A DNA stretch of 64,000 bases from positions 124,001 through 188,000 of the forward strand of contig JAXLNO010000571.1 in the NCBI GenBank assembly GCA_038087875.1, written 5' to 3'. The stretch is from Malacoraja senta (lineage: Eukaryota). Below, piece after piece: positions 51,008 to 64,000 of this stretch. The translations under genes and the position numbers were made by a program. The first letter of the stretch is position 1; the number at the start of each line of letters is the position of its first letter. Below the pieces are notes generated by a model. The model did no database searches and was not told where the DNA came from. It saw only the letters and a program-made list of their open reading frames with translations.

Positions 51008-53034
51008 CTGTGAACAATGTGAACAGACTGTCAAAGCATACAAAAAAGATTACTGCAGACCTAAGATCTGAATGCTTGCCAGTGTGTCCAACGTACTTTG
51101 CTCAATACTTACACGGATGTGTAGGGCATTTCAGCTTCAGCTTGCAGCCCATTCCCACTTCTCTACTCACTGCAAATCATATACATGCCTGCGCATATAA
51201 AGATGTGCTGTGTTTCAAGTCTAATGTATTAACAGGAATTAGGAATGCATATGAATCACAGCGGTGACACAACAGTTCTTGACATTGTACACGAGAATCA
51301 TCACACAGGTTAACTGGGATTCTTTGCCAATTATGATTTTATGACTTATTAGGGTGTTCATACTGCTTTTATATCCAAGAATACAAATACAGCATAAAAT
51401 TGTCAGCATGGCCACAACTTAGAAGGCACACGCTGTGGCACAAATAGTAGCACTCTCACCTTCAATTCATTAGATAATGGGGCTTAAGTTCCATTCCAGA
51501 AATTGGAGCACAAAATATGGGCATTCTTGTACAATAATATGGTATTGCAACACTGTGATTGGGTGCTGTAGCTGACAAGGCATCAAGCCAAGGACAGTGA
51601 AAGAGCTTTTGATTTCACGTAAATTATAAAATCTGTGGCACATTCTTAAAAAAGAGCTAGGAAATATCCCCAGAAATTATAATATTCAATGTGATACCAT
51701 TATCAACCCTTTTCTCTCAGATCAACCTAAGATTACAGCCATTATGACATTGTTCTTTATAGGAGCTAGTGCACAATTTGGCTCGTCTATTTCTTAAATT
51801 AGACAATTTGTTGAAAGCTTTCTAGTTCCCGAATGTTATCCAAAATACACAAAAGATTGTTCATATAATGTTTTGAATTTAGTTAAGCGATTTTCTTTTG
51901 CTTTGATATTAAATTTGTATTTTGCTTCCATGGGGGGAGACATTTAAGGGCTGAGATGTAAACTATATATTAAAAAATCAATATTTAATCAAGATAAAAT
52001 TCAGAAATCAAATTTTAAAACACCAAATTTACACCTGCATTATTTACTGTGTTTCATTTCTATATAATTCAATCTTAAAAAGCACAGCAACTGATCAATA
52101 ACTCACAATGCTTGCTGGTAACAGCCAATTTCTAGAATACAATTTGAATATTGCCATTTTAATCCCATGTGGTTTTCTCTGGTAAACGAGCTGTAAAACA
52201 GGCAGTTTGAAAGGGAACTGTGAAAGATTCAAAATATTTTTTTTTTAATCCTCGAAATTTCAACAGAAGCAGGATATTTGTCATCTTTAAATGTTGCCTA
52301 GGGTACAAGAATATTGGCAAGTCAGCACCCCCCGATATTTGAAAGTTTAAAGGTGCAACCATAGTGCAGGGCTACAATCACACCCGTTACATCAAGTGAC
52401 AATTTTTATTGGAAACAGCTGCTAGAACTTGATGTGAACAGCAGCTCCCTACACAAACTTTGTGATCAAAGCCAAGATGTGTGCATCTCCTTAACTGTAT
52501 TGATGAATAGTTACTGAACTGAGTCAGAATCAGTTCTGATGAAAGTACATTGACTTGAAGTGTTAATAACTTTTCTGAATTCCAGCATCAGTAGCATTTT
52601 GCTTGCATTAGAACCAGGGATGTCACCTGAGCATATTTAATTCCAAACAAATTAGGATGCAAAAATCCAGATATAAAAGGGAAAGGAGGGTTTTAAAGCT
52701 ATGGAACTGAATAGACAAGGTAAACATTCCTTTAAAAATCTCTAATAAGATCCAAAGGAATGAGACTCCATAAATGGAGGTTAATTTCCAAGGCCAGAGA
52801 AAGTAACTGAAAGTTAGACAAATTACTCTTCAATAAATGCAGGTAACTGCATTATTTTTACTGTAATACCAAGCCCAATTCTGAGGCTTGCTCGTTTTGT
52901 CACCAAGCTACAGGACACATGCCATGGTAGAACAAGAATGCGGATGAAGCAATTCTCACTCATTTTACATCCCACCCATTCTACCCCGGTCTTCTTCGTC
53001 CCTCCCTTTGATGATACCATATACTAAAATATTA

Positions 53035-53202
<168 letters not shown>

Positions 53203-53431
53203 TTAAATCAGATTTTAATAAATTTTGGATTCTTATAAAGGTTACCTATATTGTGCAGACGTGGTCATGTTATACACAATACACAAATAGACCGAATGTC
53301 TAAAACAATAGAACCTGCGTGTGTAGCTATAAAAAATTGAAGATTCAGGAGTACTGAAGCATAATGACTTATGCTAACCAGCAGTGTAAAGATTTAATGA
53401 CCTTCAAAAGTATGCACAGATTATTCAAGTA

Positions 53432-53747
53432 GTTTAGTTTAGCGATTCAGCTTTGAGGCAGGCCCTTCGGACCATCAGGTCTGCACCGACCGCCCGTTCA
53501 CTCTTTCACGTTATTCCACTTTCTCATCCACTCCCTACATATATCAGGGGTAAATTACAGAGGCCATTTAAACTACAAATCTGCACGTCTTTGGAATGCA
53601 GGAGGAAACTGGAGAACCTGGTGGAAACCCACATGGTCACGGAAAGAATGTGCAAACTCCACACGGACAGCATCTGAGGCCAGGATTGAACCTGGGTTTC
53701 TGGTGCTGTGAGGTAGCAGGACTACCAGCAGCACCACTGTGCTGCCC
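53432..53747 (-). mobile_element. tRNA-derived SINE
   Basis: Reverse complement gggcagcacagtggtgc...ggttcaatcc...ctaaactaaac. Confidence 0.8.
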
Positions 53748-54549
53748 ATAATTCAGAACCAAGCAGCATAGAAGGTATTTCTTCATCTTTCATGCCACTG
53801 ATCTCCTCCTCCTCCCCCCCTCCCCACCCAGAGAATTCTCGCATTAGTTCCTCCTCTTTCACTTTAAAAATAGGTTAAATAATGTAGTGCAGTTCAAGTT
53901 AGAGTGGAAGAGGTATATTCTTTTCAAAATGCATTATTTTATGTTGCATTTGTCACCAAGCAGTATGTATTTGAATGTCACTGAATACTCTATCGAACTT
54001 CTACATGTAATAAGAGAGAGAGCATGCTGACTGCAACATAGCTTGTTTCAGTAATTCCACTACTAAGGAATAAAGGAAGCTGCGGAAAGTGGTGCATATT
54101 ACCAGGAACAAACATGTTTTTAACCGACTGACCAAAGGCGTCTACAGAAATCACTGTTACTATCAGGAAGATGGTATTAGAGGTTGAGAACTGTGATCTC
54201 CAAGTTCAAGAACAGCTTCTTTCAGATAACCACCAGGTTCTTGAATCACTCTCCACAACCCTACCGCAGTAACGATCTATGGACTACATACCAGTTTTGC
54301 ACTATTATGGCCTGGTCACCTAGTATCATTGATTACTAAGTTATTGAGTATTGTATTTTTGCTGTGCTATTGCTCTAATGGGGCTATAAAGCTACGGTAA
54401 GTAAGTTCATTGTTTCATTCCTGTTGCATTAAACATATGTCTCCCTTAGTAGTTTCAAAACCAAGGAATCATAGATATTCAAACAATTATCCGATAAATG
54501 TGTTTAATTTCAATGAGGCAACAAATGTTGCCAAGATTAAAATGTCTCA

Positions 54550-54687
<138 letters not shown>

Positions 54688-54944
54688 TCAGCTTTAACCT
54701 TCTAAGTTCATATTTGCCAGGATTTACACCTTCAGGAACACCAACCCTACTAATTGTTGTCAATATCTCTGTTAATTAGAGTTGAAAACACCCACATTTA
54801 CATGTGATAAGGTCAAAGCTTCAATCAGCCTTGATTCAAGATTAAGATCGAAAATGATCAATTATCTAGTTGTAATCATTCAGATATAGTTGGACAGTAA
54901 CTGCCGTTTAACAATTGCATCTTTCCAAGAGACGGCTACCTTAA

Positions 54945-55570
54945 TGCAACAAAACTGCTGGAAGAATTCAGCAGCTAGACAGTATATGTGGAAGGAAATG
55001 AACTGACGACCTTTTGGGTCAAGACCCTTCATCTGGACTAAAAGAGTGGAGAGGAGATACACAGTGGAAAGAATTGAGAAGGGTGGGCAAGATCAACCAC
55101 ACAACAGGTGGATCCAGGTGAGGAGAGGTATTAGTGCATGGAGCCAGGTGGGAGAGAGAGATGAAGATAACGTATGCGATGTGATCGGTGGAGATAACAA
55201 GGGGCCTGAAGATGGAGACCGATGGGAAAGAAAGTTAGAGTATGGGTTCAAGTAAGAGGTCAGGTGGGCAGATGGAAACTTAAGAGGGGGGGGGGGGGGG
55301 TGAGAGGCGAAAGACCTGATGGGAGAAGCGTGTGGGTTATGGGGTGGGTGGGATTTAATAAGGGCAAGAGTGGGAGAATCAGGATGGATAGAAGGGCAAA
55401 AGAGGACGCTTCCCGAGATTAGAGAATTCAATGTCTATGCCAAATCGCCGAGGCAGAATACGAGGTGCCATTTCTCTAGTTTGTGTTTGGGCCCCCCTCT
55501 GGCAGTGGAGGAGGCAGCGAACAGTCATGCCAGTGTAGGAATGGGAAGAGAAATGGAAATGGCTAGCACG
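54945..55570 (-). mobile_element. Old Penelope-like 3' fragment
   Basis: Reverse complement ends ...GIDIEFSN, then pyrimidine-rich sequence and a terminal repeat. Confidence 0.65.
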
Positions 55571-55983
55571 TGGGCCACAACAAACAGAACTCAGGCTTTG
55601 GTAATGCAGTAGGCAGGTCTGCACTTTGTCACACCAATGTAGAGGAGGACACATTGAGAGTACTAAATGGAACAGAAAAGGTTTAATGTTGGGCATATGA
55701 ATCTCTGCCTCACCTGGATACAGCGACTGCAGACTTTTGTACCTTAATACTTGAACACATTTTGAAGGGTTGTTGTTAACAATTAACAACGCAATTTCAA
55801 ATACAATTGTGAGCTTCTCAAGTGACAAAGAACAATATAGGAAACCACAGCTTTTTTTGGTAAAGTGTCATTTGACCGAGCTCTCAACTCCACCAGTGAC
55901 ACTTCATATGTTGGAATCTAATTTAAATGTGTCCTGCCCTCTATCAGTTTACAAAATGTTCTAAATGAAACACCCCACTGTTA

Positions 55984-56223
<240 letters not shown>

Positions 56224-57099
56224 CTATCAATAGAAAAAGTTACGACATTAATCATACCCTCAGCATATTAAACATACACAGCAAGATCAAACATTTATTG
56301 GTATAATCAGTCCTCTATCCATAAGCAAACTATTAATATACTAACTAGCAGAATCAATTTTCTACAAACATCGCACGGCAATTGTAAAAGGACACATTTT
56401 AACACTTTTTCATCATTTATGATAATGTTGAACAATAATTTCCAGAGCAATAGCTCAAACAAGCTTTTGAAGTAAATTTGTTTGCACCATCTTTGAGATT
56501 TTCAGCTGTGCAGTTTACTAATTTCTTAGTATTAAATTGCAAATGAAAAGTTTCAAACAAGCAACTGGAAATATTCTCACATCAAAAGAAATTCATGGAA
56601 TTCCAAGACAAAAAAGTTACATTTTTTTTTTTTTTTTAACCACCTTCCAGAGAATTGTCATGCACGTTAAAATGTCTAATTGTTGTTCCTTCTAAGAATA
56701 TGACACCAAGAAGACCACCCATCTTTGTCCAATAGAAGAATTGTTCCAATCACCAAGCATCCTGCAGTTGGCTCTTCGACTCAATGTAAATTTCCATATT
56801 CTTCCAATTAACATACACAATTGGTTTGCTATTAATCAAACTAGTTTCTGGAATTATGTAGATGCTGTTAACTTAGTTAGTTCTCATCAGGAGAGCTGGG
56901 AGTAACAATACTCTCACGTATTTATGTCTTTGCAGGTTGCAATTAGTTAAACACTTCATCACAGAATCCAAACAATTTAGATCAGGATGAAGATCGAATG
57001 ATATTGAGTAACAAGCCCAGGTGGCTAATAAGTTGACTGCCCACTCAAATGCAAATAATTTTGGTCCAAATATAATTGCCAAGATGAATTCAGTGATCT

Positions 57100-58600
57100 C
57101 ATTGACAGGATCCAATACTTGAGACAAAACTGGCTTGCTAGAAGGAGTTAGCAGGATGGTTGTGGGGTTTTTTCAGATGTAATGGGTCATGACCAGTGGT
57201 GTGTGCTGTGTGGCAAGGATTGGTGCTGGGTCCATTGTTTGTCAACTATATCAGTGATTTGGAAGACAAATGTTGTTAACACAGTAGGTTTGAGGATGAC
57301 ACCAAAATTGGTGGCATAATGGAACAGTGAAGAGTGTTAACTAAGATAAAGGATCGAGATCAATTGGGGAAGTAGGCTAAAGAATGGCAGATAAAATTTA
57401 AACTCTAACTATTGTGAGGTATTGCAATTTGGAAAGTTAAACCAGGTTACAATTTACATACCTCAGGGTACGGATACATACTTCCCCTGAAAGTGAAGAC
57501 AGAGATAGACAGAGGTGAAGGTGGTGTTTGGTACACTTGGCGGCTTTGAATCCAAGAGATGCATGTTATGTCATGTTACAACTGCACGGATTGTTGGCGA
57601 GACCAGTGTATTGTGTGCAGTCCTGGTTGCCCATCCGTAGGAAGTGGGTCATTAAACTGGATAGGGTGCAGAAAAGATTCACAAAGATGCTACTGGGACT
57701 GGAGAGAAATGCAAAGAAAGGCTGGATGAACTGGGATGTTTTTCCCCTGGAAATTTGCAAGTCGAGGAGTGACCTTAGAGGTACATAAAACTGACGGGCA
57801 TAGGTAAGTAAAGAGGATGGTCACAGTCTTTTCACCACCAGCATCTGGAGTTCCTCATTTCTACATTTTGCAGATCTTTGATGAGGTTATTTGCCAAGCT
57901 CCTGCATGGTAGGCTGATGCAGTAGATTAAGTCTCACATGGTAAGTCAGCAAGATGGTTACAAAATTGGCTTGGTCATAAAATACAGTATAGGTGAAAGA
58001 CTTTGCCTTGGAGCACAAGTAGATCAGGAGTGATGTTATAGTGGAGTATAAAATCATGAGAATAGATAGGGTAAATGTACTGAATCTTTAACCAGAGGAG
58101 GGGAAATCAAGAACCAGGAGATATAGGTTTAAGGTGAGAGGGGAAAGATTTACGAGGAACCCGAGGGACAACTTCTTCACACAGGGGTGGTGGGTATATA
58201 AAGCGAGCTGCCAGAGGAGGTAGTTGAGGCATTTGGACAGGTTCATGGATAGGAAATGTTTAGAGGGATACGAGCCAAATGGAGGCAGGTGTAGATGGGG
58301 CATCTTGGCTTGCATGGGCAATGTTGGCCAAAGGACCCATTTCCATGCTGTATGACTCGACGTGTGAGAAGTATTTTTTTAATATAAAGTAGTAAATGCC
58401 TACTACTACTACACTCCACTTGATGATAGAAGCAGATATAACAGTAACATTTAAGAGCTTGTTAAGCACACACATGAGCAACCAGGGAATAGAGGGATAC
58501 AGACCATGTGCAAGCAGATGGGATTCGTTAAGATTGACATATCAGCTGAAACAAGGTAGGCTAAAGGGCCTGATCCGGTGCTATACTCAGGAGTTACACT
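57100..58600 (+). mobile_element. Cluster of decayed CR1 fragments
   Basis: DDTKIGG; KLDRVQKRFTKMLLGL; ataggtttaaggtgagaggggaaagattt 3' part. Confidence 0.75.
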
Positions 58601-60099
58601 GCACATACTGTTATATGTTTTGCTCTACATTAACCACATTGTAATATGCGGCATGGCATGCAAGGAAAGAAACCTAAACAGTGGGTAGCTAACTAGCTTC
58701 TTTATTTGATCCGCTTTTGCGTAAAAGAAACGACTGAAAGCCAAGTTGCACTGCTCAGTGCTACATGATGGCTACAGAATTCTTTACTAATTCTATTTAC
58801 AAACTCTTGATAAGTGGATCTGCGATTGATTTTATGTCATGCACATAAATCATAAGAACAAGTCTACAGTTACTTTGTGCAGAATTTCATGTTTTTTAAA
58901 ACTTTTGGAAATGTCATTTAAAAAAATGATTTTAGGCTATGGAAATGAATGACTAAAGTTCTAAACAGTCCAGCTGGTAGGTGTGCTCAACAGTGGTAGG
59001 ATGATCAGCACATAATCAGAGTAATCTGTGCCTTATTTAGGAAATCGTTATTCAATCGCGATTTTAAGGAAGGCTGCGTCTGCCCTCTTGTGGATGAAAT
59101 TCCCAGCACCATTAGAGGAAGAGAGCTATTTCCTGTGGACAACTGCTTCTGTACCAGGGAGACATGGCAGATCCATCTAATTTCAGAACGTTATTTTCTA
59201 CTGGGGAACTCGGAGAAAGTGAGAAAGCTGTTTCGATCTCAAAATACTCCCATCTACAGCTTGTTCTACAGAATTTGTGATTAGCACATGTCCGATATCA
59301 ACAATGGAAAGGAAATCACAAAATCTTTAAGAAGTTTCCAAGCAGTGGTGATAATTAAAAGCTTCAACCTACATGACAATCAAATTATCTGATTGGACAC
59401 TTTCCTGGACCTTTAATGCAGCCCGATTTTAATTTCTACCAATGTAAATGCAGTGAAGCTAAATACCCCCAAACAAAATTAATACGTAACCAAACCGTCC
59501 AGCATTAAATTAATTAAATGTATTTGTTTGAATTCATTGGATTAGATTTTTTTTCCGTTGGAGTTCTTAAATATGCTTCTAGAGTTTTAAAACATAATTA
59601 GCAGCTTCAAACCCAAAGACCTTCAGCATATCCAGCTGGCATGTACAATATGGACTAAACTGAGACAGAACAAACATAGCTGCCAAAAATATCACATGGA
59701 ACCATAAGTCATGCAACTACAAAAACAAGATGTAGCAAAGTACTACATGAATGTTTCCCAACAAGTCAAAACCAGAAAAGTAATTAAGAGTGTACAAGAA
59801 AAGGCTTCTCTGCAGTATTATTGCAAAATTTGTGGCTTTATATGTCGGCAGTTTCATTTTCTTCAATCTTCAACACTGAGTTCAACCAGTAAATCAACAA
59901 AATGCAAACCCTGCATTTAAAAAAAAGTGTTTATAGTGATTTTCCCCGATTGCAATTGATCCAAACAGTAAAAAATCATACCAAGTTCTGGTCAGAAAAT
60001 TAGGTTTGGGAGTGCATTATCAAAGTTGCCAGTCAAAAAAATTCCCAGAAGCCTGAGCCCCAACTGCATACCAGTATTTCAACCAAGACAACAGTTCCC

Positions 60100-60450
60100 C
60101 CACCTACATCTGTCAGAACCTGAGCAGTCAGTCGTCAAAGGCCTAACATGTGCACCTCTCCTTGGCCCCACTTACAAACCAATGATCATCGAATTTTCTA
60201 ATTTCAGGTAACTAACAGCCGATGTTGTCCTCCTCCACGCACACTCAAGCCTCGACCTATTTTTCTCCTTCCGTTCCCGTTGGAAACTGATTTTGCATGT
60301 CCATCATCCTCTCCCAATCTGATTCACCCATCATCCATTAGGCCCAATCCCAACAACTCCCTCCCCTCTGAACTCCTCTACTATGGCAAAGATTCATCGT
60401 TCCTCAGTCCTGATGCAGGGTCTCAACCCGAAACATTAATCTTTACTCAA
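60100..60450 (+). mobile_element. Old Penelope-like 3' fragment with mutated hammerhead (~60410-60437)
   Basis: MIIEFSNFR*; ctgatgcagggtctcaacccgaaacatt. Confidence 0.55.
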
Positions 60451-60533
60451 AGCCAAATAATTTGACACAGCTTATGATGCCTAGAGCAGTCTAGAATAGC
60501 ATTTCCTGTAAAATGTCACTCAAGATATCTTAC

Positions 60534-60602
60534 TTCTTCATGCTGGAAGTTGTCCACCAGTCGAGCAAAGCACAGGCAAGTACTTTCAACAGATTTCTTG
60601 TC
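60534..60602 (-). CDS. TRIP12: TRIP12 exon 2 (DKKSVESTCLCFARLVDNFQHEE)
   Basis: gattag|GAC, GAA|gtaaga, 69 nt; absent from the ORF track. Confidence 0.95.
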
Positions 60603-61853
60603 CTAATCAAAAATAATTTGTTTTAAAAATGTTATTACATCAAATGAAGTTTACTTATAAAGTCATAAAACTATGACTCAGGTTTTAAATTCTTGAAGCA
60701 TCACAATTTCTAGAGGAAATCTAAAAAGTTAAATAGCTAATAAAACTAATTTAAATTTCATACTGTACCCACACTAATTTTTCATTCACTCAGACTTTGC
60801 AGTAGTTAATCTCAAACTGTTTGCTCTGTGGACAGTTGCCACAGGCATAACTTGACAATCACACCATTTGGACGCAAATCTGTGATTAACAGTGGCACTA
60901 CTGAATAGTTGTGGCAATCAAAGCTATGCATCCAGATATCATTGAAGCTTTTCTTCATGCACACAATGCTTTCAATTTAGCATGGGCAGAAGTGATTTAC
61001 AATTGAGATGTGCATGTGTTATTCGGTAATTAACAATCGATTTCTTTATCAATACTTAATTGAATATTGTGAGACTCCATGGGATTTAGAGTCCATGTTG
61101 AAGACTCTCAAGGTCATCCACTCCTGAATGTATATCTGTGCCATCACATGCTATAAATTCATTCCATCTATGAAACATAATTCTTTGATCGTGAGAATTC
61201 TCAGCTGGAGCTCAACTGGTTGGAAGGGTGAATATGTAACCTATCCAATTTTGGCACAAATCCCTTTAGGTTCCGAGGATCATCTCTGTGTATCCTGAAG
61301 GTGTTTATGGCCAAGATAATGCTGGATTGCCCATCTGGTTTTACCTTACTGCCATTATAAATTTGGAATAACCGAGTGGGGTGCCATCCATTTAAAAAAG
61401 TTGTTGCGAAAGCGGTCAAATTTATACCACAGAAGGGAAGAAATGGCTTTGTCTAAAACAAAATGAGCAAGATGACTTTTTTTCCATGGCAGCCTGGGGG
61501 TTACGTGGTTGCTACTACTTTAATTTTGTACTTTAATATGAGTTTAAATAGCCTACCGTCATCTTTTTCAAATAACAGAATTAAATTTGGGGAAGAAGAA
61601 AAGTTTGTATTTGACTCAACAGCTATACTATGATCTCAAAAATCTCGTTCATGTTCAATTGCAATATTTTCTATTAGAAATGAACTAAATAGCTCGAGTT
61701 ACACACTATTGTTTTTCAGTTCTCGGATGGAAGAGTTGCCAAAATAAGTTAGAATACACAACTTAAAAATTACATTTTCTATTGTGCTGCATTTGCAAAG
61801 ATTGGCCAAAATAAAACTTGCATACTTCAATATTTAGCTTTATGAACTACATT

Positions 61854-62156
61854 GGCAGTCACGGTGGCGCAGCAGTAGAGTTACTGCCTTACAGCGAATG
61901 CAGCGCCGGAGACCTGGGTTCGATCCTGACTACGGGCACTGTTTATACGGAGTTTGTACGTTCTCCCCGTGGGTTTTCTCTGAGATCTTGTTTCCTCTCA
62001 CACTCCAAAGGCGTACAGGTTTATAAGTTAATTGGCTTGGTAAATGTAAAAATTGTCCCTAGTGGGTGTAGGATAGTGTTAATGTGCGAAGATCGCTGGT
62101 CGGCGCGGACCCGGTGGGCCGAAGGGCCTGTTTCTGCGCTGTATCTCTAAACTAAA
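61854..62156 (+). mobile_element. Full-length tRNA-derived SINE
   Basis: A-box-like tggcgcagcagtag, B box ggttcgatcc, ctaaactaaa tail. Confidence 0.9.
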
Positions 62157-62634
62157 CATAATATCATAGACAAATGGATTACAGATGAAATAAAAATGCA
62201 GAGTTAAAATCTAAAGTTTTCTCTTATAAATGTTTGAGGAAAGCACTTGTTTTCTACCAGTTGACTGTTTGCAGCACTTAAAACCAGCCCTATGAGACTT
62301 CCATGGATGCATTAACTAATTAGGAGTTTGTAGCATACCAAAGGAAATATGACATTTATATCTATAAACTATGCATTTAAACTCCATTTCACAAGCCAAG
62401 ATTTGAAAGTTTAATTGAGCTATGTTCTCTGACTTGCAGCTTCTCTTCCTCCAAAAACTGCGAACTACAAAATTAAAAATGTTCCAAGTATGGACTGATC
62501 AATTTCCTGGATGCAATGGAGTCAGAAAATAATTGGCAGAGGAATAAAAGGGGAGGAAATTAAGTATGGAGCTACTCGCTTACAAAGCAAAACATGGCTT
62601 GGTTTTGTACATTTTTTGCACCAAAATTACATTA

Positions 62635-62940
<306 letters not shown>

Positions 62941-63084
62941 TTACAATGTATTTATAAAGTTCAGAAATATTGATATTTTGCAGATCACTGCAAGACAAAC
63001 AAGTCAGGATAACATGAAAGTTCTTAAACTAAACTAAGCAAATACTGGATTCAATGTAAATGTACAAATTCAAATGGTCGAGTT

Positions 63085-63680
63085 ATTAGGTCATTATTAG
63101 GCCCTTCAGCCCATCAAGTCTACTCTGCCATTCAGTCATCGCTGATCTGTCTCTCCCTCCCAACCCTATTCTCCTGACTTCTCCCTATTACCTCCGACAC
63201 TATCTATCTCTGCCTTAAAAATATCCACTGACTTGGCCTCCACTGCCTTCTGTGGCAAAGAATTCCACAGATTCACCACCCTCCAAGTAAAGAGATTTCT
63301 CCTCATCTTCCTAAAAGAGCATCCTTTAATTCTGAGGCCATGACCTCCAGTCCTAGACTCTCCCACTAGTGCAAATATTCCACACCACATCTCTGGACCC
63401 TCTCCAGAGCCAACACATTCTTCCGCAGATATGGTGCCCAAAATCACTCAATATATGCAAAATGCAGCCTCACCAGCACCTTTTAGAGCCTCAGCATTAC
63501 ATCCCTGTTTTTGTAAGCAAGCCCTCTCGAAATAAACGCTAGCATTGAGTTCGCTTTCTTTACTACCAATTCGACTTGCAGATCAACTTTTTAGGTATCC
63601 TGCACCAGCCCCTTTGCACCTCCGATTTCTGGATTCTCTCCACATTTAGAAAATAGTCAACGTCTTTATTTCTACTAATG
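63085..63680 (-). mobile_element. CR1 LINE 3' fragment
   Basis: ESRTGGHGLRIKG...RVVNLWNSLPQKAVEA. Confidence 0.85.
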
Positions 63681-63901
63681 GACTCTAAAGTTGTTACACC
63701 TAAATATCATTCGCAACATACATAAAATTGCTGGTATTAATTTTCCCTTTATTTTCAGGATTTAATTTTAAAATACCAAAATATTGCAGCTATGGCTGCT
63801 CCTGACCTTTAATTGCTCTTAATGCAAATGTACATTTCCAAGTACAGGCTATTGGCACGGCATTTTTAAATAGGCAACTCAAGAGGAATCTCCCAGTTTT
63901 T

Positions 63902-64000
63902 AGACAATAGACAATAGGTGCAGGAGTAGGCCATTTGGCCCTTCGAGCCAGCACCTGCCATTCACTGTGATTATGGCTGATCATCCACAATCAGTACCCC
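63902..64000 (-). mobile_element. CR1 LINE 3' end (runs off the window)
   Basis: agacaatagacaataggtgcaggagtaggccatt. Confidence 0.8.

Noticed and set aside
61201-61419. 72-aa minus-strand ORF in unique intronic sequence
   Set aside because: No recognisable homology or clear splice pair; exons 1 and 2 join correctly without it.
61854-61935. tRNA gene
   Set aside because: A and B boxes belong to a SINE head that continues into the SINE body and tail; no acceptor stem.

Overview
This is eukaryotic genomic DNA, most likely from a cartilaginous fish such as a skate or ray. That assignment is inferred from the CR1/Penelope/tRNA-SINE repeat landscape and the protein divergence, not proven. The window holds the 3' part of TRIP12 (HECT E3 ubiquitin ligase) on the minus strand. 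I traced 30 coding exons from 62853 down to the TGA at 7397-7399. All 29 introns are GT-AG with compatible phases, giving 4356 nt (1451 aa plus stop) that cover the end of the ARM-like region, the WWE domain and the HECT domain with its catalytic Cys. The 5' exons lie beyond the right edge. A repeat-free stretch of about 4 kb (about 3400-7396) is the probable long 3'UTR with tandem poly(A) signals. Introns and the left flank are packed with CR1 fragments, Penelope-like fragments, tRNA-derived SINEs, Harbinger-like MITEs, a decayed IR/DR Tc1 element, Rex/Babar-like tails and a ~1 kb TIR element. The most notable non-coding signals are: (1) many minimal hammerhead-ribozyme cores (CTGAnGA-stem II-GAAACGTC) in Penelope terminal repeats, often as TSD-flanked head-to-head palindromes, some on the pre-mRNA strand; (2) a non-coding GC-rich retroposon family whose 3' hairpins covary with those of Rex/Babar tails; (3) a local duplication of a SINE together with its flanks; (4) a LINE tail that abuts a splice donor; (5) a candidate internal acceptor that would cut the WWE domain. 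No prokaryotic system or CRISPR array is present, and nothing here establishes a wholly new system without further tests.
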